Shown here: positions 8,969 to 16,400 of the stretch, in pieces
Layout: the number at the start of each line of letters is the position of its first letter
Position numbering within the stretch: position 1 is the stretch's first letter
DNA from: an uncultured Actinomycetes bacterium
Lineage (GTDB): Bacteria > Actinomycetota > Actinomycetes > S36-B12 > CAIYMF01
DNA: 32,000 nucleotides
Direction: 5' to 3'
Assembly (NCBI GenBank): GCA_963843975.1
Contig: CAWJMG010000001.1
Location: 480,001-512,000 of the forward strand
Position numbers and translations under genes: made by a program
Notes under the pieces: model-generated
The model's database searches: none
What the model saw: the letters and a program-made list of their open reading frames with translations, nothing else
Told to the model about the DNA's origin: nothing

Positions 8969-9050
8969 CGAGGGACGGCGCACCTCGCGGTCGCGTCCGC
9001 CGCTGTTCGAGCGAGTCGTGCTCCTTACTTTGCGAAATGGGTGACGTGCG

Positions 9051-10649
9051 GTGACCGCAGCGCCGGAGATCCAGGGCCAGACCCCCGCCCCGACCACGAC
9101 GGCCGGGAAGATCGCGGACTTCGAGATCCGGCGCGAGGCTGCCGCGCACGCGGCACCCGAGAAGTCGGTGCAGAAGCAGCACGACCGCGGCAAGGCCACC
9201 GCCCGCGAGCGCATCGACATGCTGCTCGACGAGGGCTCGTTCGTGGAGCTCGACGCCCTCGCGCGGCACCGCTCGAACGCCTTCGACCTGCCCGACAACC
9301 GTCCGTACGGCGACGGCGTCGTCACCGGCTACGGCACCGTCGACGGCCGGCCGGTGTGCGTCTTCGCCCAGGACTTCACCATCTTCGGCGGCAGCCTCGG
9401 CGAGGTCTTCGGCGAGAAGATCGTCAAGGTCATGGACCTCGCGATGAAGACCGGCGTCCCGGTCATCGGCATCAACGACTCGGGCGGCGCGCGCATCCAG
9501 GAGGGCGTCGTCTCGCTCGGCCTGTACGGCGAGATCTTCCGCCGCAACGTGCTGGCCTCCGGCGTGATCCCGCAGATCTCGCTGATCATGGGCCCGTGCG
9601 CCGGAGGTGCGGTCTACTCCCCCGCCATCACCGACTTCACGGTGATGATCGACAAGACCTCGCACATGTTCATCACCGGCCCTGACGTCATCAAGACCGT
9701 CACCGGCGAGGACGTCGGCTTCGACGAGCTCGGTGGCGCGCGCACCCACAACAGCAAGAGCGGCGTCGCGCACGCGATGTCTGCAGACGAGGCCGAGGGC
9801 ATGGAGTTCGTCAAGGCGCTGCTGGGCTTCCTGCCGAGCAACAACCTCGACGAGGTGCCCTCGTTCGACATCGAGGCCGACCTCTCGGTCACCGACGAGG
9901 ACTCCAAGCTCGACACGATCGTGCCGGACTCGCCCAACCAGCCGTACGACATGCACGGCGTCATCGAGGCCGTGCTCGACGACGGCGACTTCCTCGAGAT
10001 CCAGCCGCTGTGGGCCCCCAACATCATCGTGGGCTTCGGCCGCGTCGAGGGCCGCTCGGTCGGCATCGTCGCCAACCAGCCGATGCAGTTCGCCGGCACG
10101 CTCGACATCGACGCGTCGGAGAAGGCCTCGCGCTTCGTCCGCACGTGCGACGCGTTCAACATCCCGGTCGTCACGTTCGTCGACGTCCCCGGCTTCCTGC
10201 CCGGCACCGACCAGGAGTGGAACGGCATCATCCGCCGCGGCGCCAAGCTGATCTACGCGTACGCCGAGGCCACGGTGCCGCTCGTCACGGTCATCACGCG
10301 CAAGGCGTACGGCGGCGCGTACGACGTCATGGGCTCCAAGCACCTCGGCGCCGACGTCAACCTCGCGTGGCCGACCGCGCAGATCGCGGTCATGGGCGCC
10401 CAGGGCGCGGTCAACATCCTCTACCGTCGCGAGCTCGCCAAGGCCGAGGACCCGGACGGCATGCGTGCGGAGTTCATCTCCGACTACGACAACACCCTCG
10501 CCAACCCGTACATCGCGGCCGAGCGCGGCTACATCGACGCGGTCATCCGCCCGAGCGAGACGCGGGCGCAGATCACCAAGGCGCTGCGGGCGCTGCGCAC
10601 CAAGCGGGCGTCCCTGCCGCCGAAGAAGCACGGGAACATCCCGCTGTGA
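9051..10649 (+). CDS. accD5: Acyl-CoA (propionyl/acetyl-CoA) carboxylase carboxyltransferase beta subunit, AccD5/PccB-like
   Basis: 532 aa. Near-colinear with my recollection of M. tuberculosis AccD5 ([51 protein letters not shown]). Divergent from birA, as in mycobacteria. Confidence 0.95.
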   Translation: MTAAPEIQGQTPAPTTTAGKIADFEIRREAAAHAAPEKSVQKQHDRGKATARERIDMLLDEGSFVELDALARHRSNAFDLPDNRPYGDGVVTGYGTVDGRPVCVFAQDFTIFGGSLGEVFGEKIVKVMDLAMKTGVPVIGINDSGGARIQEGVVSLGLYGEIFRRNVLASGVIPQISLIMGPCAGGAVYSPAITDFTVMIDKTSHMFITGPDVIKTVTGEDVGFDELGGARTHNSKSGVAHAMSADEAEGMEFVKALLGFLPSNNLDEVPSFDIEADLSVTDEDSKLDTIVPDSPNQPYDMHGVIEAVLDDGDFLEIQPLWAPNIIVGFGRVEGRSVGIVANQPMQFAGTLDIDASEKASRFVRTCDAFNIPVVTFVDVPGFLPGTDQEWNGIIRRGAKLIYAYAEATVPLVTVITRKAYGGAYDVMGSKHLGADVNLAWPTAQIAVMGAQGAVNILYRRELAKAEDPDGMRAEFISDYDNTLANPYIAAERGYIDAVIRPSETRAQITKALRALRTKRASLPPKKHGNIPL

Positions 10650-10870
10650 GCGCCGACGAGAGCAGCGAGCGGCCGGTCCTCCGGATCGTCCGCGGTGCCC
10701 CGACGCCCGACGAGCTCGCAGCGCTCGTCGCCGTCGTGGCGGCGGCGGCGTCCTCGGGCGGCGACCACCCGAAGGCCGCGCCCACGGCCGCGGGCTGGGC
10801 GGCCCACCACCGCACCCTGCGCGGCCCCCTGCCCACCGGCGGATGGCGCGCATCCTCGGCACCTCGGTGA
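10646..10870 (+). CDS. Acyl-CoA carboxylase epsilon subunit (AccE-like)
   Basis: 74-aa frame starts at a GTG overlapping the accD5 stop (GTGA). [20 protein letters not shown] is the typical epsilon-subunit N-terminus. Position matches accE5. Confidence 0.7.
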   Translation: MSADESSERPVLRIVRGAPTPDELAALVAVVAAAASSGGDHPKAAPTAAGWAAHHRTLRGPLPTGGWRASSAPR

Positions 10871-10880
10871 CACTGGACCT

Positions 10881-11540
10881 GTGACCTCGCACCGACCGCT
10901 CGTCCTCGCCTCGGCGTCCCCTGCCCGGCTCGGGCTGCTCCGCAACGCCGGGATCGAGCCCATCGTGCGGGTGAGCGGAGTCGACGAGCCCGCGATCGAG
11001 GCTGCGCTGGCGGCCGCGGGCCGCACCTCTCCGGCCGACGTGTGCGAAGCGCTCGCCATGGCCAAGGCGGACGCCGTCGTCGCCGACGTCCGGGCCGAGC
11101 TGCCCGACGCCGTGCTCGTCGCCTGCGACTCGGTGCTCGACCTCGACGGCGTCGCCCTGGGCAAGCCCGCCGACCGCGACGAGGCCGTCGCCCGCTGGCG
11201 CGCGATGCGCGGCCGCACCGGCGTGCTGCGCACCGGGCACTACGTGGTGCGGCTCGACCGGCTCGGCGAGCGACCCGCGACCGGACCCGCCGCGGTGTCG
11301 CACGTCGTCTCGACCACCGTGCGGTTCGCCGACCTCGACGACGAGACGATCGAGGCGTACATCGGCACGGGCGAGCCGCTGCGGGTGGCCGGGGCGTTCA
11401 CGATCGACGGCCTCGGCGGCCCGTTCGTCGAGGAGATCGCGGGCGACCACTCGAACGTCGTGGGCCTGTCGCTGCCCTTCCTGCGCAGGGAGGTCGAGTT
11501 CCTCGACATCCGCTGGACCGACCTCTGGAATCTCGCGTGA
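10881..11540 (+). CDS. maf: Maf-like nucleoside triphosphate pyrophosphatase
   Basis: GTG 10881 gives VTSHRPLVLASASPARLGLL..., the canonical Maf N-terminus. AGAFTIDGLGGPFVEEIAGDHSNVVGLSLP near the C-terminus. Confidence 0.85.
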   Translation: MTSHRPLVLASASPARLGLLRNAGIEPIVRVSGVDEPAIEAALAAAGRTSPADVCEALAMAKADAVVADVRAELPDAVLVACDSVLDLDGVALGKPADRDEAVARWRAMRGRTGVLRTGHYVVRLDRLGERPATGPAAVSHVVSTTVRFADLDDETIEAYIGTGEPLRVAGAFTIDGLGGPFVEEIAGDHSNVVGLSLPFLRREVEFLDIRWTDLWNLA

Positions 11541-11797
11541 GCAAGGACAAGGGCCAGAAGCGCCGCGCCTCGGCGTGGGCGTTCTCCGACCGCCTCACCC
11601 GGCTCGCGGCCAAGGTGGTGGGCCCCGCCCAGATCGGTGACGTCGACCACACCACCGTGGTGGCCTCCGAGCTGCCGGCGACGCCCTGCTCCTCCTGCGG
11701 AAGGCCGCTGTCCGAGCACGTCCTGGAGCGGACCACCGACGCCAAGATGCGCCTCTACTGCCCGACCCCGGACCCGTCGGTGCCGGCCTCGGACTGA
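11537..11797 (+). CDS. Small hypothetical protein (86 aa), translationally coupled to maf
   Basis: GTG overlaps the maf stop (GTGA). Basic N-terminus, CSSC...C cysteine cluster. No family recognised. Confidence 0.45.
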   Translation: MSKDKGQKRRASAWAFSDRLTRLAAKVVGPAQIGDVDHTTVVASELPATPCSSCGRPLSEHVLERTTDAKMRLYCPTPDPSVPASD

Positions 11798-12354
11798 TCG
11801 ACGCCGACCTCCTCGCCCGCGACGAGCTCGAGCGCGACCGTCTCCCGCTCGATCCACGCGAGGTCGTCCGGTTCCTCCGCCGTGTCGGTGCCGCCTCGTG
11901 GCCCGCGCAGGCGCCGCTGCTCGCGCAGGCCGCGGTTGGCCTCCAGGGCGGCGCCCAGGTCGACCCAGCAGGGCACGAGGGCGAGCGTGCGCTCGCGCAG
12001 GTCGTGCTCGACCTCGTCGAGGCCGTCGTGCACGTCGCAGAGGTAGTACCGCGACTCCTGCACGAAGACGGTCCCGGGCTCCCGGGCCGGCCGCTCGTCG
12101 AGGACGGTCAGCAGGTGGGCGTCGAGCCGGAGCAGCCGGGCGCCGCACTCCTCGAGCAGCTCGCGCGCGACGTTGGCCGCGACGGTCTCGCCCTCGTCGA
12201 GGCCCCCGCCCGGGAAGCGGTAGTCGCCGCTGCGCGAGCGGAGCAGGAGCAGCTGGTCGCCGCGACGCACGACCGCGCGCGTGGCTGCGCGCGTGATGCG
12301 CGGGGCGTCGTCGGGCAGCGGGTCGCCGTGCACGATGCGCACCCAGCGCGCCAT
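11755..12354 (-). CDS. NUDIX hydrolase
   Basis: ATG 12354 preceded by AGGAGG. NUDIX box GGGLDEGETVAANVARELLEECG. The longer ORF extension to 12576 is not protein-like. Confidence 0.8.
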   Translation of the reverse strand: MARWVRIVHGDPLPDDAPRITRAATRAVVRRGDQLLLLRSRSGDYRFPGGGLDEGETVAANVARELLEECGARLLRLDAHLLTVLDERPAREPGTVFVQESRYYLCDVHDGLDEVEHDLRERTLALVPCWVDLGAALEANRGLREQRRLRGPRGGTDTAEEPDDLAWIERETVALELVAGEEVGVDQSEAGTDGSGVGQ

Positions 12355-12360
12355 GCCGCC

Positions 12361-12398
12361 TCCTGACCGCTCCGGTCCCTCCACGGAGCGGTCAGGAG
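12361..12398 (-). promoter_or_regulatory. Perfect 14-bp stem / 10-nt loop hairpin abutting the NUDIX Shine-Dalgarno sequence
   Basis: TCCTGACCGCTCCG ... CGGAGCGGTCAGGA. On the minus-strand RNA the 3' arm ends in AGGA, followed by GG-cggc-AUG, so the SD is partly inside the stem. Confidence 0.45.
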
Positions 12399-12456
12399 CT
12401 GCCGCCGGGCGGGACGTGTGCCTTCGATCGTGGGCACAGCCTGCCGGACCCGGGTA

Positions 12457-12497
12457 CGGCGAGGCCCCTCGCACGGGGAGATTGAGGGGCCTCGTCG
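12457..12497 (-). other. GC-rich hairpin (11 perfect bp, extendable to about 14) in the NUDIX upstream region
   Basis: CGAGGCCCCTC (12460..12470) pairs with GAGGGGCCTCG (12484..12494), with a 13-nt loop. Function unknown (attenuator, sRNA terminator or protein site). Confidence 0.35.
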
Positions 12498-12609
12498 CCG
12501 ACCCTAGCGGTCCGCCTGCTGATCGACGGGTCAGCCATGCGGACGATATCCGGTGTGTCGCTTGGACTTTCGGCACTCAGAGTGGCGGTGCCGCAACGTT
12601 CTGTGACAG

Positions 12610-12646
12610 CACGGATCCCCGGGACCAGAGGTCCCGGGGATCCGTG
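12610..12646 (-). terminator. Intrinsic-terminator-like hairpin downstream of the LAXTG protein gene
   Basis: Perfect 17-bp stem (CACGGATCCCCGGGACC / GGTCCCGGGGATCCGTG) with a 3-nt loop. It starts 28 nt after the stop at 12674. No U-tract, which is common in Actinobacteria. Confidence 0.6.
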
Positions 12647-12673
12647 ATCAGCCCGTGGCCGGGCGTCGGGTGC

Positions 12674-13999
12674 CTAGTGGCGGGCCCGGCGCGGGTTCGG
12701 CAGGCTCGAGGCCACGATCAGCCCGATGCCGAGGAGCATCGCCGTCACGCCGCCGGCGACGAGGCTCGTCGACGAGGAACCGGTGTCGGCCAGCGTCGGC
12801 TTGCTCGTGGTGGGGGTCGGCTCCGGCGTGGTCTCGGTCGGGGTCGGCGTGGCCGGCTCGGTCTCGGTCGGCGTCGGGGTCGGCGTCGTCTCCGTGGGCG
12901 ACGGCGTCGGCGTCGTCTCGGTCGGGGTCGGCGTCGGGGTGCCCTGGTCGAGCGCGGCGTTGGTGAAGGTGCACGTCACGTCGTCGCCCTTGGCCAGGGC
13001 GATCGAGACCGTGGAGCCCTCGACGCCCCAGGCGGACGCGGCCTCACCCTCGTTGGTGGTCGTGCAGGCGATGTCCTTCAGCGCCCAACCCTCGGGCACG
13101 TTCTTCTCGGTCACCGTGTACGGGTCCTTGCTTCCCGCGACGGCGCGGACGAACTCGGTCGACTCGCCGCCCTTGAGCGTGAAGTCGCCGTTGTCTCCGT
13201 ACGACAGGTTGGAGCCGAAGGTGAAGGCCGTGTCGCCGGACGGCGAGGTGACCTTCTTCGCGATCGTGATGGTGCCGTAGTCCTGCTTGTCGACGTAGTA
13301 GGCGTAGCAGAAGACGTGCTTCACCTTCGACGACAGCTGGATCCACTCGACGTTGTCGCCGTTGAGGGTGTCGGTGCCGCAGCGCAGGGCCGCGAACGCG
13401 TACTTGTCCTGGAGGCCGTTGAGCTGGCCCTGGTTGCCCGTGCGGGGCGAGGGGACGCCGCCCTGGATCCAGAACTTGTTGTCCTTCGCGGCGCGCTCGA
13501 CCTGCGAGGCGGTGAGCTGGACGGTGGCGGCGCCCTTGACGGTGCTGCCGCCGTTGGTGCTGCCGTCCGGCTTCAGCTCGGGCACGGACGCCGTCGTCAC
13601 GGCCTCGGTGTCGTAGGCGCCGGTGACGATCGAGATGTTGTCGGGAGTGCCCGTGGAGATGCTGGTGCCGAAGGTGAACCGCCAGCCGGTCATCGGCGTG
13701 CAGTCAGCCTGGTTCGCGTCCTCCGTCGTCGGGTTCACGGGGAACTCACCCGGGTAGGAGGAGTCGGGACCGAGGTCCGAGTAGGTCTGCTGGATGTTGT
13801 TGCGGGCGCGGTTGGCCTCGACAGAGGAGTAGTCGGGGCAGTAGCGCGCGGCCACGGTCACCGAGGAGTCGGTGAGCGGGTCGGGCGACGCGATGGCGGT
13901 CCCGACCAGGCCGGGAGCGACCATGAGGGCGCCGAGCACCGTGAGGGTGGCGCCGGCGGCGACACCGGCGCGGCGGCCGTTGCGGGAGCGGTTCGTCAT
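12674..13999 (-). CDS. Cell-wall-anchored surface protein with LAXTG sorting signal
   Basis: 441 aa. N-terminal signal peptide. Central and C-terminal beta-rich domains, with a prealbumin/SpaA-like segment ending in DDVTCTFTN. Thr/Pro linker, then LADTG + hydrophobic helix + RRARH tail. GGAAGGA SD upstream. Confidence 0.85.
   Translation of the reverse strand: MTNRSRNGRRAGVAAGATLTVLGALMVAPGLVGTAIASPDPLTDSSVTVAARYCPDYSSVEANRARNNIQQTYSDLGPDSSYPGEFPVNPTTEDANQADCTPMTGWRFTFGTSISTGTPDNISIVTGAYDTEAVTTASVPELKPDGSTNGGSTVKGAATVQLTASQVERAAKDNKFWIQGGVPSPRTGNQGQLNGLQDKYAFAALRCGTDTLNGDNVEWIQLSSKVKHVFCYAYYVDKQDYGTITIAKKVTSPSGDTAFTFGSNLSYGDNGDFTLKGGESTEFVRAVAGSKDPYTVTEKNVPEGWALKDIACTTTNEGEAASAWGVEGSTVSIALAKGDDVTCTFTNAALDQGTPTPTPTETTPTPSPTETTPTPTPTETEPATPTPTETTPEPTPTTSKPTLADTGSSSTSLVAGGVTAMLLGIGLIVASSLPNPRRARH
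12794..12943 (-). repeat. Imperfect tandem repeats encoding a 50-aa Thr/Pro/Glu linker (TPTPTETTP units)
   Basis: The DNA is iterations of gtcggngtcggcgtc-type units inside the surface-protein CDS. Confidence 0.8.
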
Positions 14000-14222
14000 C
14001 GTGCTGTCCTTCCAGAGCCTGCGCGCCCGGGCTTGGGCGTCGCGAGGAGGCCAGCCGGGTTCGGCGCAGGCGAGGACCCGCCCGCAGTCCCCCGACTTCG
14101 GTCCGTTCCGCCAACCTAGTGACTCTGCGTGGATCCGGAATCCGGCAAACGGGTGAACTCCACGGGATCACTGGGTTCCCGGTCACCCGTTCGGGTTAAC
14201 GAGTTGACGCTCCGCGACCCCC

Positions 14223-14248
14223 TCACTGCTCCGAACGACGGAGAGTGA
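14223..14248 (-). terminator. Candidate terminator hairpin after the second carboxyltransferase gene
   Basis: CACTGCTCCG / CGGAGAGTG: 9 bp with one bulge and a 5-nt loop, 18 nt downstream of the stop at 14266. Confidence 0.35.
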
Positions 14249-14265
14249 CGGCCCGGGCCGTGGCG

Positions 14266-15786
14266 TCAGACCGGCGGCACGCCGTGGCGGCGCTCGGTGA
14301 ACCGGCGGTCGCGGCGGGCGGCCGAGGTCAGCCGCACATGGATCTCGCGGCGCAGCTCGCCGGGCTCGACGACGGCGTCGATGACAAGGTCGTCGGCGAG
14401 GCGCAGGAGGTCGATGTCGGCCAGGTACTCCGCTCGGCGCGCGGCGACGAAGGCGTCGCGCTCGTCGGGGTCCTCGATGGCCGCGATCTTGTTGGCGTAC
14501 ACCGCGTTGACGGCGGCCTCGGGGCCCATGACCGCGATGCTCGCCGTCGGGAGCGCGATGCACGCGTCGGGGCCGAACCCCGGGCCGTCCATCGCGTAGA
14601 GGCCGGCGCCGTACGCCTTGCGGACGACGACCGACACCTGCGGCACGGTCGCCTCGCTGACGGCGGTGATCATCTTCGCGCCGTGGCGGATGATCCCCTG
14701 GCGCTCGACGGCGGAGCCGATCATGAAGCCGGGCACGTCGGCGAGGTAGACGAGCGGCACGTTGAACGCGTCGCACCACCAGATGAAGCGCGCAGCCTTG
14801 TCTGCGCTGTCGCCGAAGAGGACGCCGCCGCGGACCGCGCTGTTGTTGGCGACGATGCCCACGCTGCGGCCCTCGATGCGGCCGAAGCCGGTGACGAGCT
14901 CGCCGGCGAACAGCGGCTTCACCTCGAAGAACGAGCCGTCGTCCACGATGCCCTCGACGATCCCGTGGATGTCGAAGGGCACGCTCTCGGGCATCGGCAC
15001 GCAGTCGGCATCGAGCACGCGCTCGGCCGGCTCCGCGGCGTACACGGGCGGGTCCTCGCGCCAGCACTGCGGGAGGTACGACAGGACGAGCCGCGCCTGC
15101 TCGATCGCGTCGGCGTCGTCCTCGGCGAGGTTGTCGCCGCAGCCGGAGACGGTGGCGTGCATGCGGGCGCCGCCCATCTCCTCGAGCGTGACCGTCTCCC
15201 CGACGACCATCTCGGCCATGCGCGGGCTGCCGAGGTACATCGAGGCGTTGCCCTCGACCATGATCACGACGTCGCAGAACGCAGGGATGTAGGCGCCACC
15301 CGCGGCCGACGGGCCGAACAGGCAGCAGATCTGCGGCACGCGGCCGGACAGCGCCACCTGGTTGCGGAAGATGCGGCCGGCGCCACGGCGGCCGGGGAAC
15401 AGGTCGACCTGGTCGGTGATGCGCGCGCCGGCGGAGTCGATGAACCAGAAGAGCGGGATCTCCTCGGCGAGGGCCGCCTCGGTCATGCGGATGATCTTCT
15501 CGACGGTGCGAGCACCCCACGAGCCCGCCTTCACGACCGGGTCGTTGGCCACCACGAGCACCGGCCGGCCGTCGACCGTGCCGCGTCCGGTGACCACGCC
15601 GTCGGCCGGGTAGCCGGGCTCGCCCGCGTGGGCGAGCTGGCCGTCCTCGACGAAGGAGCCGGCGTCCATGAGCAGCGCGATGCGCTCGCGGGCGTGCAGC
15701 TTGCCCTGCGCGGCGAGCTTGGCGGCCGCCGACGGGGCGACCTCGAACGTGGCCGCGCGCGCGGCGCGGATCGCGTCCCTGCTCAT
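14266..15786 (-). CDS. Acyl-CoA carboxylase carboxyltransferase beta subunit, AccD1/AccD2-like (methylcrotonyl-CoA-carboxylase-like)
   Basis: ATG 15786 with GGAGGG SD. 507 aa. KLHARERIALLMDAGSFVE, VVANDPVVKAGSWG, GIVANNSAVRGGVLF, VVVRKAYGAGLYAM. A paralogue of accD5, not a duplicate. Confidence 0.9.
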   Translation of the reverse strand: MSRDAIRAARAATFEVAPSAAAKLAAQGKLHARERIALLMDAGSFVEDGQLAHAGEPGYPADGVVTGRGTVDGRPVLVVANDPVVKAGSWGARTVEKIIRMTEAALAEEIPLFWFIDSAGARITDQVDLFPGRRGAGRIFRNQVALSGRVPQICCLFGPSAAGGAYIPAFCDVVIMVEGNASMYLGSPRMAEMVVGETVTLEEMGGARMHATVSGCGDNLAEDDADAIEQARLVLSYLPQCWREDPPVYAAEPAERVLDADCVPMPESVPFDIHGIVEGIVDDGSFFEVKPLFAGELVTGFGRIEGRSVGIVANNSAVRGGVLFGDSADKAARFIWWCDAFNVPLVYLADVPGFMIGSAVERQGIIRHGAKMITAVSEATVPQVSVVVRKAYGAGLYAMDGPGFGPDACIALPTASIAVMGPEAAVNAVYANKIAAIEDPDERDAFVAARRAEYLADIDLLRLADDLVIDAVVEPGELRREIHVRLTSAARRDRRFTERRHGVPPV

Positions 15787-15809
15787 CGGGCCCTCCGGCG
15801 GTTCGCCTG

Positions 15810-15829
15810 CCTTGACGTTGACGTAAAGG
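15810..15829. promoter_or_regulatory. Candidate MerR-family operator (9-2-9 dyad) in the divergent carboxyltransferase/merR promoter region
   Basis: CCTTGACGT-TG-ACGTAAAGG, with 8 of 9 arm positions complementary. It overlaps tandem TTGACG hexamers (plus strand) and lies next to TACCTT (minus strand, 15837..15832). Confidence 0.45.
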
Positions 15830-15874
15830 TGAAGGTAGCGGTTCACTGGGCCCGACGCCAGACCGGGAGGCCCC

Positions 15875-16276
15875 ATGAGCACGAGCACCGAGCGCACCTA
15901 CACGGTGGGCGAGCTCGCAGCCGAGCTCGGCGTCACCACCCGCACCCTGCGCTTCTACGAGGAGGCGGGCATCGTCACGCCGGCGCGCAGCGGCTCCGGC
16001 AGCGCCCGCTCGTACGGCGCTCGCGACCGCGCCCGGCTCGTGCTCGCGCTGCGCGGCAAGCGCTTCGGCATGTCGCTCGCCGAGATCCGCGAGATCGTCG
16101 ACATGTACGACGCCGAGCCTGGCGAGTCCGGCCAGATCCGGCGCCTGCTCGACTCCCTCGAGCGAGTCCGCACCGACCTGGCGGCGCGCCGTGAGGAGCT
16201 CGACCGCACCCTGGGCGAGGTCGACGACGTCACCCGGCGCTGCCTCGCACGGCTCGAGGAGATCACCGCGCCGTGA
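15875..16276 (+). CDS. MerR-family transcriptional regulator (LiuR-like context)
   Basis: 133 aa. YTVGELAAELGVTTRTLRFYEEAGIV helix-turn-helix followed by a coiled-coil dimerisation helix. GGGAGG SD upstream. Confidence 0.9.
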   Translation: MSTSTERTYTVGELAAELGVTTRTLRFYEEAGIVTPARSGSGSARSYGARDRARLVLALRGKRFGMSLAEIREIVDMYDAEPGESGQIRRLLDSLERVRTDLAARREELDRTLGEVDDVTRRCLARLEEITAP

Positions 16277-16351
16277 GAGGTGACCGAACTCCCACCACCG
16301 GTCCGCCGACCCACCCCCCATCGGGGTACGTGTTTCCGGCAAGATCGGATC

Positions 16352-16369
16352 CGGTGCGCATGCGCACCG
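16352..16369. promoter_or_regulatory. Perfect 18-bp palindrome CGGTGCGCATGCGCACCG, 32 nt upstream of accA3
   Basis: Read directly from the sequence. Either a dimeric-regulator operator or a 7-bp-stem/4-nt-loop hairpin 76 nt after the merR stop. Confidence 0.35.
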
Positions 16370-16400
16370 CCGTCCACCCGCGACAGGAGCTTGATCCGCG

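Noticed and set aside
8957-9050. Searched the birA/accD5 divergent region for a biotin-responsive operator (TGAAC-N3-GTTCA-type BioQ site, or a BirA operator).
   Set aside because: Only a weak 4-bp dyad (GAGC...GCTC) and a lone GTTCGA were found. BirA here lacks an N-terminal DNA-binding domain, so there is no support for a biotin operator.
6503-9685. A 1060-aa plus-strand ORF, and similar long ORFs at 8961..11450 (829 aa), 14183..16495 (770 aa), 4557..6644 (695 aa) and 14245..16194 (649 aa).
   Set aside because: All are antisense or out of frame to genes with clear motifs (cyclase, birA, accD5, carboxyltransferase, GGDEF). They have Arg/Pro/Gly-dominated composition, so they are GC-bias artefacts.
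12392-12538. A 48-codon minus-strand ORF (MADPSISRRTARVGDEAPQSPRARG...) in the structured intergenic region, starting 4 nt after a TATCGT hexamer.
   Set aside because: Its codon usage is atypical for this genome: several AGG, CAA, TCT, GTA, CCT, CCA, CGA and GCA codons, so low GC3. There is no SD, and the -10 spacing is too short for a leaderless start. The region is better explained as RNA structure.
12611-12646. GGATCCCCGGG / CCCGGGGATCC strings (BamHI-SmaI) resembling a cloning-vector polylinker, raising the question of vector contamination.
   Set aside because: The sites are part of a perfect 17-bp inverted repeat in a sensible terminator position. The flanks are native-looking high-GC sequence, and no other polylinker or vector sequence follows. 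I consider it a coincidence of GC-rich palindromes.
12794-12943. Short tandem repeats here and at 19503..19592 that might suggest a CRISPR array or a VNTR locus.
   Set aside because: The units are 9-18 bp, contiguous, without spacers, and in frame inside CDSs (TP-rich stalk, GGDF tail). They are coding low-complexity repeats, not CRISPR.
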